Positions 1 through 9,164 of a DNA stretch of 55,020 nt are shown one piece after another. This stretch comes from a virus (lineage: Duplodnaviria > Caudoviricetes): the IMG/VR virus record IMGVR_UViG_3300009156_000035, positions 1-55,020 of that record. One strand, 5' to 3'. Position numbers and translations under genes: made by a program. The notes under the pieces are model-generated. The model was not told where the DNA came from and did not search any database. It was given only the letters and a program-made list of their open reading frames with translations. How positions within the stretch are numbered: the first letter of the stretch is position 1; the number at the start of each line of letters is the position of its first letter.

Positions 1-1
1 C

Positions 2-3000
2 GTTGACCGACAGCTGGAACTGGTTACCGGTGGTCGATCGAATCGTGATCGCCCCAAGCTCACTCAGCGAGACCGTGCCGCTCGTGTAGGTCGTCTGGGA
101 GTTGGCGATGCCGGAGATCGCGGTCTGCGTCTCGACGGCGTTCGCGGCGCTGATCGTGATCGTCCCCGAAGCGCCGTTGAGCGACTGGCTCAGCGTGACG
201 TTGTTCCCGCCCGCGAAGAGGAAGCGCACCTGACCACCGGACGCGATGCCGGTCGTGCCGCTCGTGTTCCCGATGTTCGACATCCCGATGCTCTGGGACT
301 CGACGGTCTGCGCATTGACGCTGAGCTGGTACTGGTTGCCCGTCGTCGACCTGATGGTGATCGCGCCCAGCTCGCTCAGGCTGACCGTCCCTGACGTGTA
401 CGTGGTCTGCGAGTTGGCCAGGCCCCCGATGAACGTCTGGGTCTCCGGCTGCACCGACTGCGAGGCGCTGATCCGCAGCGAGCCACCCGAGTAACCGACG
501 GAGACGATCCCGTCGCCACGGAGCGAGATCGTTCGCGCGTCGAAGGTCGTCGAGGAGGACTGGCCCGTCGTGTTCCCCAGGGCGTACCAGCCCTCGCTCT
601 GGTTCGTCTGCGCGTTGACCGAGAGCTGGAACTGGTTGCCGGTCGTGGAGCGAATGGTGATGGCTCCCAGCTCGCTCAGGGACACCGTTCCGGACGTGTA
701 CGTCGTCTGGCTATTCGCGAGGCCGCTGATCGCCGTCTGCGTCTCTGGCTGCACGCTCTGGCTGGCGCTGATGCGAACCGAGCCGTTCGAGTAGCCCAGG
801 CTGACGATGCCGTCCCCGCGAAGCGAGATCGTTCGTGCGTCGAGGGTCGTGGACGAGCTTTGGCCCGTCGTGTTGCCGAGCGCGTACCAGCCTTCACTCT
901 GGTTCGTCTGGCTGGCAGCGGAGATGGTGATCGTGCCCGACGCGCCGTTGAGCGACTGCGAGAGGGTGACGTTGTTGCCGCCCGCGAGCAGGAAGCGCAC
1001 CTGCGCGCCCGAGGCGATCCCGGTCGTCCCCGAGGTGTTGCCGATGTTCGACATGCCGAACGACTGGGACTCGGCCGTCTGTGCAGCCACGGAGAGCTGG
1101 AACTGATTCCCCGTCGTCGAGCGGATGGTGATAGCCCCCAGCTCCGAGAGGCTGACGGTGCCAGAGGTGTACGTCGTCTGGCTGTTCGCGATGCCCGAGA
1201 TGGCGGTCTGCGTCTCGGGCTGCACCGACTGGCTGGCGGAGATCCGCAGCGAGCCGTTCGAGTAGCCGAGCGAGACGATGCCGTCGCCCCGGAAGGAGAT
1301 CGTGCGCGCATCCCGTGTCGTCGAGGAGGACTCGCCGACGGTGTTCCCGAGCGCGTAGAGGCCCAGGGTCTGATCCGTCTGCGCCACGGGTGCTGCGACG
1401 CTGAGATCCACCCGCTGGCCGGTGTTCGAGCTGACGGTGATGCCACCGCCGACCCCGGTGAAGCGCACGTTGCCGGACGTGTAGAGCGTGTCCGAGGCGC
1501 TGATCCCGGCGATGAAGGTCTGGGTCTCCGGCTGGACACTCTGAGAGGCGCTGATCCGGATCGACCCGTTGGAATACCCCAGCGAGACGATTCCGTCGCC
1601 ACGGAGGCTCACGGTGCGCGCGTCGAAGGTGCTGGAGCTGCTCTGCCCGGTCGTGTTGCCGAGCGCGTACATCCCGAGCGTCTGGTTCGACTGGGAGTTG
1701 ACGCTCAGCTGGAACTGATTGCCGGTGGTGGAGCGAATCGTGATCGCTCCCAGCTCCGAGAGCGAGACCGTCCCCGACGTGTAGGTGGTCTCCGAGTTGG
1801 CGAGACCGCCGATGAACGTCTGCGTCTCGGGCTGGACGCTCTGCGGGTTGACACTGAGCTGGAACTGGTTCCCGGTGGTGCTCCGGATCGTGATCGCGCC
1901 AAGCTCGCTGAGGCTGACGGTGCCGGACGTGTAGGTGGTCTGGCTGTTGGCGATCCCGGAGATGCCGGTCTGCGCGCCGCCGACGTTCGGGCCGGAGATC
2001 GTGACGGCGTTCCCGTTCTGGGAGACCGTGATGTTGTTGCCGCCTGCGAGGGTCAGCGTCCCCGACGAGACCAGCGCCTGCGCCCCGGAGGTGTTGCCCG
2101 ACAGCGTGACGGCCACCATGTTCTGCGTCTGGACGCTCTGGGAGGCCCCGATGATGGAGATGGTCGAGCCGTTGGTGCTGAGCGTGACGCCGTTCGCCCC
2201 CGTCAGCAGCGAGGTGGCGGGGGCGACGATGGAGATCGTCTCAGAGGCACCGTTCGTCGAGCCGGAGAGGGTGATGTTGTTGGCACCGGCCAGGACGACG
2301 CGGCCTGCGACCGTGCCGGTATTGCCAGCGGTGTTGCCGCCGGAGATGCCCGCGCTGAACTGGGTGCCGGTCTGAGCGACGGGCGCTGCGACGCTGATGT
2401 CGACGCGCTGCCCCGTGTTGGTGCTGACCGTGACCCCGCCGCCGACGCCCGTGAGCCGCACCGTGCCCGAGCTGTAGGTCGTGTCGCTAGCGGCGATGCC
2501 TCCCAGGAAGGTCTGCGTCTCCGGCTGCACGGACTGCGCCGGGACGCTGATCTGGATCCCCTGCCCGGTGGTGGAGCGCACCGTGACGTTGCCGAGCGCC
2601 AGCATCCGCACGGTGCCGCTCGTGTAGGTGGCGTCGCTCGCGGCCACTCCACCGACGAAGGTCTGCGTCTCTGGCTGGAGCGACTGCGTGGGCGCGCTGA
2701 TCCGGATGGAGCCGTTGCTGAAGCCGACGCTGACCGCGCCGTCACCGCGCAGCGAGATGGAGCGCGCGTCGCGGGTGGTCGAGGAGGACTAGCCGGTCGT
2801 GTTGCCGTTCGCGAACAGCCCCAGCGTCTGATCGGTCTGCGCTGCGCCCCCGGCGCTGATGGTGATCGCGTTGCCGTTCTGCGAGAGGGTGATGTTCGCC
2901 CCGCCCGCCAGCGTCAGCGTCCCCGAGGAGACCTCCTGCAGGACGCCGAGCGTGTTCCCGGCCAGGGTCAGGTTGAAGCGGTTCTGCGTCTGCACCGACT

Positions 3001-3325
3001 GCGGTGTCGTCACCGCCGAGCCGGAGATGGTGATCGTCGCCCCCGCCGGGCCGGTCACCTGCGAGAGGGTGACATTCCCCTCGCCCGCGAGCACCACGCG
3101 CGTGCCCGTGACGCCCGTCTGCCCGAGGGAGTTGCCGCCGGTCGAGACGCCGAGGCTGAACGAGCCTGCGCCGCCGCCGCCGCCTGCGACGCTGCCCATG
3201 AACAGCTTCGAGGCCGAGGTCTCCCAGATCGGGACGTCGCCCTGCTGCGGCGGACTGGCGTCCGTCCGCACGAAGGAGACGTCGTGGAGCTTCGAGAAGA
3301 GCGAGATGACGCCTGCGGCTGGCAT
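2..3325 (-). CDS. Large Gly/Ser/Thr-rich repeat protein (tail fibre/virion appendage-like), 3' end outside the window, with in-frame TAG at 2789-2791
   Basis: ATG at 3325. The same frame is still in register at the window edge (…QFQLSVN), with ~100-aa repeats (GNTTGQSSSTT.DAR…GxVSxGYSNGSxRISA…TTYTSGTV…TTGNQFQLSV). Lies directly downstream of the tail/capsid genes. Confidence 0.65.
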
Positions 3326-3344
3326 CAGCTCACCCCGGTGCCGG

Positions 3345-3385
3345 GGGACGGCGGGCTATGAGAGTGCCTGTGCACCCGCCGTCCC
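3345..3385. terminator. GC-rich hairpin between major tail gene and fibre gene
   Basis: GGGACGGCGGG (3345-3355) pairs with CCCGCCGTCCC (3375-3385); intergenic; no U-tract. Confidence 0.4.
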
Positions 3386-3399
3386 TCCCGGTAGTTGTC

Positions 3400-4068
3400 C
3401 TAAGTTGCCGTCGTCTGGTAGCCGCACTCTGCGGTCGGCTGCGCGGCCTGGTCGTACCAGAAGCCGCCCGGCGCAGCTGCAGGGATCGGCTCCGGCATGT
3501 CGCCGTACGGCCCGTCGCCCCAGCTCTCGTTGGTGCGCGAGAAGCCGTTGACGACCGGCTGCGAGAAGTCGTTGCCGAGCTGCAGGTTCCCCATCTGCCA
3601 GAAGGTGCGCGGGAAGAGGAAGTGGATGTACGGCCAGTCGGCGTCCGGCGCGTCGTTGACCCACGCGTCGGCCCAGAACTCGACCGCGACAGCCGTCGGC
3701 TCGAACTCGCAGCCGACCTGCGACGGGTACCAGACGCCGATCGGCACCGGAGACGTCGAGGCGTCTTCGATCACCGTCGCGCCGATCAGCATCTCCAGGA
3801 GCGCAGGCTCCAGAGCGCCGGAGTTGATCACGAAGTCGAACCGCTTGAGGCGATCCGGGTCCTTGCGCGTTGCGACGATGCAGCCGCAGCCGCCGATGAG
3901 GTCGGTCTCCTGACCTGCGACGACGTTCGGGTTCATCTGCACCGTGATGAGATCGTCGGACACGTAGCTGTTGTCCGGCCCTGCTGCGACCGTCCCGTCC
4001 GCGTTCAGCCGCGTCACCCGGAAGCGGCAGACGTGGAGGGGGATTGCGCAGATCTCTGGGTTCTGCAT
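3400..4068 (-). CDS. Probable major tail (tube) protein
   Basis: 222 aa acidic protein with N-terminal RVTRLxxxG motif typical of actinophage tail tube proteins; follows capsid genes; RBS AGGAGAG. Confidence 0.55.
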   Translation of the reverse strand: MQNPEICAIPLHVCRFRVTRLNADGTVAAGPDNSYVSDDLITVQMNPNVVAGQETDLIGGCGCIVATRKDPDRLKRFDFVINSGALEPALLEMLIGATVIEDASTSPVPIGVWYPSQVGCEFEPTAVAVEFWADAWVNDAPDADWPYIHFLFPRTFWQMGNLQLGNDFSQPVVNGFSRTNESWGDGPYGDMPEPIPAAAPGGFWYDQAAQPTAECGYQTTAT

Positions 4069-4081
4069 GTCTCTCCTCTCC

Positions 4082-4948
4082 TTACGTCCTGTCCACGAGC
4101 ACGGCCGCTTGAAGCTCCGTGTCCCAATCGACGAGGTAGTAACGCTCCGCCCTGTACGTCACGACGTTGTGCTGGCGGTCGAGTGCCTCGGCCAGAGAGC
4201 CGGGCACCATCTCTACGTTGGAGCGCCGGATCTGCACCGGGCCAGTAGCCCAGGCCCAGCTGCTGGTCGCAGCCGGAGCGCCCTGCCCATCCGGTCGCGC
4301 CCCCACGTAGCCGTAGCCGACGACGATCGGGGTGCCGGTGGCGACGGCGCGCATGTACGCGCCCTCCTTCTCAATCAGGTACTGGCTCGCCCAGGCCGTT
4401 GCCGTCGCCGGGTCGGCGTGGATCATCCCCATCTTCCCGGTCTCGGCGATCTCGTTCTCCAGGCGAGCGAGCGCCTCCATCGCCTTGAGCGTCCCCAGGG
4501 ACTGGTAGTTCGGCAGCGAGACGTCGGCCAGGTACGGGCTGCCTGTGGCCCCGACTGCGGCCCCCTCGGCGAACTCGCGCTCGACCAGCGCCGCCTCCAG
4601 CCCGTTGAGGCCGATGACCGCACGGTTGCGGAAGTCCTCGTCGTTGCCGATCCCGCGAGCGGTGCACGTCTCCGCGATGTAGACGGTGAACGCGTTGAAC
4701 TCGGGCAGCAGGTTCGAGCCGCCTTCGATCTTCTCGCGCTCCGTCCCGGTCGCGCAGCCAGCCTGCACGCCGCCGTCGTTGTAGTCGGGATCATCGGAAA
4801 GCGTCGGGTACGGGTAGACCGCCCCGCCCGCCATCCAGTGGTAGTCGAGGTCTTCGTAGATCGTTGCGTTGACGAGCAGGCTGTAGCGGGGAGGAACAGG
4901 GATCGGGCCGTCGAGGACCCTTGCTGGTCCCACCGTGACCGTCGACAT
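4082..4948 (-). CDS. Capsid pentamer/decoration-type protein
   Basis: 288 aa, immediately after the MCP. Layout resembles the hexamer+pentamer capsid gene pair of cluster-B-like actinophages; RBS GGAGG. Confidence 0.55.
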   Translation of the reverse strand: MSTVTVGPARVLDGPIPVPPRYSLLVNATIYEDLDYHWMAGGAVYPYPTLSDDPDYNDGGVQAGCATGTEREKIEGGSNLLPEFNAFTVYIAETCTARGIGNDEDFRNRAVIGLNGLEAALVEREFAEGAAVGATGSPYLADVSLPNYQSLGTLKAMEALARLENEIAETGKMGMIHADPATATAWASQYLIEKEGAYMRAVATGTPIVVGYGYVGARPDGQGAPAATSSWAWATGPVQIRRSNVEMVPGSLAEALDRQHNVVTYRAERYYLVDWDTELQAAVLVDRT

Positions 4949-4977
4949 CCCGTTCCTCCCCTCTCAGCCTCAGCGAC

Positions 4978-6738
4978 TCAGCAGGTGATTGCCGTCGCCG
5001 TCGGACCCGTCTCACCCGTCGGGCAGACCGTGGATTCGATCTCCAGGGACTCCGGCCCGACGAACGCGACCTGCTCGAACGACTCGCCGAAGATCCGGTA
5101 GTCGTTCGTGTTGTTGAGCGTGGAGTCGCGGACGATCCCCAGCTCCAGCGTGCCCCCGTCGAGGAAGAGGAAAGACCCCTCGGGGAAGATGTACCAGACC
5201 ACCGTGTCGGGGAAGTCGAGCACCGCTCCGGTGCCCTGAGCGCCGAAGATCTGGCCCTCACCCGTCGGCGAGTCGAGGTAGAAGCTGATCGACACGCGCG
5301 CGAGCGACTCCAGGAGCTGCTCGACGCCTGCGATCGAATACTCGAAGCGGATGAACTGGCTGTTGACCAGGTCCGCCACGAGCAGGTCGGCCGTCCAGGC
5401 GGGCATGATGACCCGCAGCCGGGCGTTCGGATCCATGCGGTGCCGGGAGCGCATCCCGGCCGCTGCGCGCAGGATCGTGTAGAGCAGCGAGGACGTCGCG
5501 CCGTAGACCTTCGTCGACGTGACGGCCGTCGAGTAGCTCGCGATCCCGTCGAGCAGAGCGGTCTCCGCCACGCGCGCGTGCGCGGCCATGACCAGCTCGT
5601 TGAACTGCGCGACCTGCTCCGGCCAGGCTCGGGAGTTGAGGTTCCCGAACTGGACGCAGTGGTAGATCATGGAGAGCAGTGCCTCTTCGAAGTCGGGGCA
5701 CGCCACGATCTGGCAGCTCTTCTCGGCCGTGGTGCCACCGGCCGCGTCCTGCGCGGCGGTGCGGATCCCGACCGCTCCGTTGGAGCCGGACGTCTCGACG
5801 TCCGTCAGCACGGGCACCTGCGCGAAGCGGAGACCGCCGCGCGAGGCGATGAACCCTGCGAGCGCGTCCCGCACCGGGCGGGCCGTGGTCGAGATGTTCA
5901 TCAGGTCGTAGTACGGGGTGACCGGGGCGCAGAGACCGCCGGAGGCGACCAGTGCGTCCCTGGAGACGACGGCGTCGATCTTCTCCTGGTCGTTCGGCTC
6001 GCCACGGAGGACGCGCTCCTCCGGGAACAGCTCGCCGTACTTGACCGAAGCGACGAGCGCCTTCTCTTCGACGCCCTGCCTGGTGCCGACGCCCTGCTCG
6101 CGCTTCTTGATGATGGCCTTCGCCAGCTCCATCCGGTCGAGGTGCACGCCCTCGCCGAAGCCGGGGACCCCGGCCGAGGCGACGATCGCTGCACCACTCG
6201 GCTCCGCCGGGAGCGGCTGCTGCTCGGCGGTGGGCACCGGCAGCGGCGGCTTCTTCTCCGCCTTGCGCTTCGCGGGAAGCTCACCGGCTGCGAGCACCGG
6301 CTCCGCCTCTTCGACGATCTCGACCTCGGCCTCTGCGACCGGCTCGTCGGCCTCGGCCTCTGCCTCGGCGCTGACCGGCACGCTCTCGTCGTCGGGCGTG
6401 TCGCCCTCGGGCGTGTCACCCTCCGGGGTGTCGCCTTCCGGCGCGTCCCCTTCGACGTTGATCCCCGCGCCCTTGGCCAGCTCTTCGAGCGCAGCCTCGA
6501 ACTCGGTGTCGGCCTGACCGAGCACTTCGAGCCGCTCGGTGATCGTGTCGATGTCGGCCTTGACGTTCTTGAACACTTCGAGCGCCTCGGCGCGGCTCAT
6601 GTCTCCGAGCAGCTCCGGGTCTCGGTCGAAGATGCGCTTGCCGATCCCGCGCAGCTCCGTCAGGTGCTCCTGGAGCTTCTCGGCGTCGAGCGCCTCGAAG
6701 TTCTCCGGAAGATCGGGATAAAGCCTGTCTTCTGCCAT
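4978..6738 (-). CDS. Major capsid protein precursor with N-terminal acidic scaffold-like domain
   Basis: MAEDRLY start with RBS GAAAGG; acidic/coiled N-terminus with EGDTP repeats; LVASGGLCAP junction; C-terminal LDGGTLELGIVRDSTLN.TNDY motif of cluster-B-like MCPs. Confidence 0.85.
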   Translation of the reverse strand: MAEDRLYPDLPENFEALDAEKLQEHLTELRGIGKRIFDRDPELLGDMSRAEALEVFKNVKADIDTITERLEVLGQADTEFEAALEELAKGAGINVEGDAPEGDTPEGDTPEGDTPDDESVPVSAEAEAEADEPVAEAEVEIVEEAEPVLAAGELPAKRKAEKKPPLPVPTAEQQPLPAEPSGAAIVASAGVPGFGEGVHLDRMELAKAIIKKREQGVGTRQGVEEKALVASVKYGELFPEERVLRGEPNDQEKIDAVVSRDALVASGGLCAPVTPYYDLMNISTTARPVRDALAGFIASRGGLRFAQVPVLTDVETSGSNGAVGIRTAAQDAAGGTTAEKSCQIVACPDFEEALLSMIYHCVQFGNLNSRAWPEQVAQFNELVMAAHARVAETALLDGIASYSTAVTSTKVYGATSSLLYTILRAAAGMRSRHRMDPNARLRVIMPAWTADLLVADLVNSQFIRFEYSIAGVEQLLESLARVSISFYLDSPTGEGQIFGAQGTGAVLDFPDTVVWYIFPEGSFLFLDGGTLELGIVRDSTLNNTNDYRIFGESFEQVAFVGPESLEIESTVCPTGETGPTATAITC

Positions 6739-6838
6739 GCCTGACCTTTCCTCTGAACGAGTGCGGTGCACTGCTACTCGCCCGAGGCGCTAAGGCCAGG
6801 GCTGACGACCAGCGGCTAGGCGGCTGCTCGTTGGCGCG

Positions 6839-6861
6839 AGGATAACGGGGGGAGCGGCGGT
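6839..6861 (-). promoter_or_regulatory. Putative late promoter ACCGCCG-N10-TATCCT upstream of MCP
   Basis: Same motif and spacing upstream of the protease, portal operon and terS. Confidence 0.6.
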
Positions 6862-6924
6862 CGCTCGTTTGCAGATCCCCCGGAACGGGGTAACCTCCGC
6901 CGCCCAAGCGAACAGGAGGCAGGC

Positions 6925-7170
6925 ATGACCGTGCAGGTGAACGTGGAGCGCAAGGCCGTAGAGGTCACGTGGGACGCCGACGCAGCTGACGTCGACACCG
7001 TCACTCTCTACGCGCAGGGGGCCGACAACGACTGGCACAACACCGTCGAGATGCCGAACGACGGCAGGGCGGCGCTCAGCTACCCGGCTGGCTTCACCGG
7101 CAGCTCGAAGGTCGAGGTGCGCGACGGCGACGGCAACGTGGTCGACGAGGGCGAGATCGAAGTCGGCTAG
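6925..7170 (+). CDS. Hypothetical 81-aa beta-rich acidic protein (only clear plus-strand CDS)
   Basis: RBS AGGAGG, GC3-biased codons, TAACCT -10-like element at 6891. Confidence 0.7.
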   Translation: MTVQVNVERKAVEVTWDADAADVDTVTLYAQGADNDWHNTVEMPNDGRAALSYPAGFTGSSKVEVRDGDGNVVDEGEIEVG

Positions 7171-7175
7171 CGCGT

Positions 7176-7188
7176 AACGCGCTATACT
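7176..7188 (+). promoter_or_regulatory. Early-type promoter -10 region (AACGCGCTATACT)
   Basis: Matches the GCGCTATACT motif found 9 times on the minus strand; not followed by an RBS or ORF. Confidence 0.55.
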
Positions 7189-7194
7189 CGCGCA

Positions 7195-7330
7195 GCACGC
7201 TCAGAGCAAGGGAGCGCCGTTAGCCTCAGAGCTTACGCCTTTGTAGAGGCAGGCAGGTCTTCTGAGCGGCCTTCCGGTGCGGACGTGGCGTACCCGGCGG
7301 CGCTCCCCGCGAACCCAGGTTCGCCCCCTA
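7195..7330 (+). ncRNA. Putative structured small RNA
   Basis: Promoter upstream and terminator downstream; closing stem GGGAGCGCCG/CGGCGCTCCC (7210-7219/7298-7307); inner stem CTCAGA/TCTGAG; no ORF. Confidence 0.45.
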
Positions 7331-7336
7331 GAACGC

Positions 7337-7363
7337 CAAACGCCCGCTCGGAGCGGGCGTTTG
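7337..7363. terminator. Bidirectional intrinsic terminator-like hairpin
   Basis: CAAACGCCCGCTC-G-GAGCGGGCGTTTG inverted repeat between convergent units. Confidence 0.7.
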
Positions 7364-7406
7364 ACCGTGAACGCTCAACCAACTACGGGCTAGAGCTTAC
7401 TCCCCC

Positions 7407-7727
7407 CTAGCGGTCAGTGCCAGGGCGGACCCGTCGGGGCCAGCCGATCGGCATCGACTCCTCCAGCGTCGGGCCGTCGCTCGACTCAGACTCCTCCTCG
7501 GCGACAGCCGTCTGCAGCCCGTCGAGCACGCCTCGCAGGTACGAGAGGCACTCACGCTCGGAGCCTACGACGACCATCAGCCCGCCGTCGTTCGCTCCCT
7601 CGGTGTAGCGGTACACGCGGGCGCTCCCCGACTCGGTGTCTCGCGAGACGTAGGCGTAGCGGACGCCGTGGAGGAGCGAATTCACCCCCTCGGCGGCTGA
7701 CGTGACGAGTGTGTCCTTGACGTTCAT
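7407..7727 (-). CDS. Hypothetical protein
   Basis: ATG (MNVKDT) with RBS GGGAGG; good codon bias. Confidence 0.65.
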   Translation of the reverse strand: MNVKDTLVTSAAEGVNSLLHGVRYAYVSRDTESGSARVYRYTEGANDGGLMVVVGSERECLSYLRGVLDGLQTAVAEEESESSDGPTLEESMPIGWPRRVRPGTDR

Positions 7728-7738
7728 GGCGGGCCTCC

Positions 7739-7894
7739 CTACGTCTTGTAGACGTTCTGCACGCGCTCGTCGAGGCGCATCCACGTACGTGCCTCGACAC
7801 GCGCCTTCTCGGCGGTCGTCGCCTGGACGCGCACGGTGCGCACGCCACCCCACTTGCCAGCGAGGGCCACGACCCAGGTTGTCTTCGTCGCCAT
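7739..7894 (-). CDS. Hypothetical 51-aa protein (not in ORF track)
   Basis: MATKTTWVVALAGKWGG…VYKT*; RBS GGAGGTG; abuts neighbouring genes. Confidence 0.55.
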   Translation of the reverse strand: MATKTTWVVALAGKWGGVRTVRVQATTAEKARVEARTWMRLDERVQNVYKT

Positions 7895-8137
7895 CTAGCT
7901 CACCTCCACCTTGACAGCCGTAACGGTCGAGAGGGTCTCCGCAACGCGCTTCGCCCCGCGCAGCCTCGAATGGAAGGTCTCGTCGCCGGTCGTCGTGTCG
8001 TGCAGCAGGTAGCCGACAGTCGTGAACCGCTCACTGCCGTCCGCGCGGAAGCCCGCCGACGTTGCCGCCAGCCGCTCGACGCGGAAGCGCCCGCCACTCG
8101 ACACGTAGCCGGTGCCTGTGCGATGCCATCGCAGCAT
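7895..8137 (-). CDS. Hypothetical early protein
   Basis: Promoter at 8157-8170 then GGAGGTGG RBS, then ATG (MLRWHRT). Confidence 0.6.
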   Translation of the reverse strand: MLRWHRTGTGYVSSGGRFRVERLAATSAGFRADGSERFTTVGYLLHDTTTGDETFHSRLRGAKRVAETLSTVTAVKVEVS

Positions 8138-8156
8138 GCGTACCACCTCCACCTTC

Positions 8157-8170
8157 AGTATAGCGCATTC
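8157..8170 (-). promoter_or_regulatory. Early-type promoter -10 (AATGCGCTATACT)
   Basis: Repeated motif, followed by RBS GGAGGTGG. Confidence 0.65.
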
Positions 8171-8177
8171 AGCGCAC

Positions 8178-8515
8178 AGCCGGGGGGCCGGGGTTCGAAC
8201 CCGGTGGCGCTACCCGGCCGCAACCGGACGCCCGCCTGCTCTTGTTCGGCACACCGCGCCTCAACCAGAGTGGAATCCGGGTTCTCGCGCTGGATCGCTC
8301 ACCCGGTGCCCAGTGGCCGCTGCTCCCCCCAGCTCTACGCTGGAGCCGATCCTGACGAGAGGGGGATCGTGGCCTGGGCGCGCTGGCTCGACCGTACGTT
8401 GCCACTTCGCCTCCCAGGGACTGACCACGCCCCTCTCGCCCGCCGTGCCTCGGAGGCGGGGAAGGGCCACCCGGCTTTGTTGCGGGAGCGACCCGCGCAA
8501 CCGTCGCCCTACCAC
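8178..8515 (-). ncRNA. Putative structured RNA with tRNA-like 3' domain
   Basis: T-arm CCGGG-TTCGAAC-CCCGG (8204-8188), then CCCCCCGGCT pairing with AGCTGGGGGG (8334-8325); own promoter at 8526-8538; no canonical cloverleaf or CCA. Confidence 0.45.
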
Positions 8516-8525
8516 CTCCATACGT

Positions 8526-8538
8526 AGTATAGCACAAT
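8526..8538 (-). promoter_or_regulatory. Early-type promoter, extended -10 (TGTGCTATACT)
   Basis: Repeated motif just downstream of a terminator. Confidence 0.6.
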
Positions 8539-8540
8539 AC

Positions 8541-8570
8541 GAGAGAGGCCGGGCGCTAACCCGGCCTCTC
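8541..8570 (-). terminator. Terminator-like hairpin
   Basis: GAGAGGCCGGG/CCCGGCCTCTC inverted repeat closing the 8850-8545 unit. Confidence 0.6.
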
Positions 8571-8850
8571 CCAGGTGAAGGTGGCCACCCTCACCCGCCG
8601 TCGCCTTCCAGGTGCGCACCCTTCTGGCTCAGACTCGGCGGGGCACTTGGCGCTGAGTGTCGCGCGGTGTGCGCGGGGCGTATCCTTCCGGCTTTCGCTG
8701 CCGTGGCTTGCCCGTCCAGCCGTTGCCCTAGGACCTGGCTGACGTCGCGCCACCGTTCGTGCTCGGTGTCGTTACCCCCGGAGGGACCCGGATGGACTGC
8801 GTTTCCGATGGCCCCGCCTGGTGGCCGGGAGCGGGTCTCCCCTCTCCCAA
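8545..8850 (-). ncRNA. Putative ~300-nt non-coding RNA
   Basis: Bounded by a consensus promoter and a hairpin; several GNRA-capped hairpins (GCGAAAGC, CCGGAAGG); no ORF with phage-like codon bias. Confidence 0.4.
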
Positions 8851-8858
8851 CCAACTAG

Positions 8859-8887
8859 AGTATAGCGCATTCTTTGGAGGGTGTCAA
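8859..8887 (-). promoter_or_regulatory. Near-consensus sigmaA/sigma70 promoter TTGACA-N17-TATACT
   Basis: TGTCAA at 8882-8887 and AGTATA at 8859-8864 on plus strand, 17-bp spacer. Confidence 0.85.
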
Positions 8888-8981
8888 GTGAGCCAGTCGT
8901 GTAGTGGCGGCGGGATTCTTCCTTGACATGGGATAACCCGTCACCTTCGGCCCGGCCCACTAATGAGCCACCGCTAAGAGA

Positions 8982-9164
8982 TTAGCGCATTTCGCGAGTG
9001 GTGCCGAGCTTCCTTATCGCCGCCGCCGACGCAGCCATCGCATCACCCGTCGCCGCCAGCGCCGCCGTCGCCGCCTTGATCCGAATCTCCCACATCGGCG
9101 GTCGACCGAGCGCCTGCCAGTACAGATGCTGGCGATTCAGCTCTCGCGGTAGCTCGCCCTTCAT
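8982..9164 (-). CDS. Hypothetical 60-aa protein with RxxxYxxALG motif
   Basis: ATGA overlap with upstream gene; contains RQHLYWQALG. Confidence 0.55.
   Translation of the reverse strand: MKGELPRELNRQHLYWQALGRPPMWEIRIKAATAALAATGDAMAASAAAIRKLGTTREMR

Noticed and set aside
2789-2791. Genome-wide TAG-to-Gln recoding
   Set aside because: TAG ends many clear genes at tight gene junctions; only one internal TAG was seen.
1-2950. CRISPR array or DGR template/variable repeat pair
   Set aside because: Repeats are in-frame coding repeats with third-position variation; no constant repeat-spacer pattern, adenine-specific variation, reverse transcriptase or cas gene seen.
8261-8521. 86-aa ORF MEVVGRR… and other MEV(V)/MGGGG starts
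   Set aside because: These starts fall inside the GGAGGTGG SD sequence; real starts lie downstream or the region lacks coding bias.
8700-8745. SRP RNA helix-8-like CAGGTCC segment
   Set aside because: Lacks the GGAA tetraloop/AGCAG signature; too weak to call.
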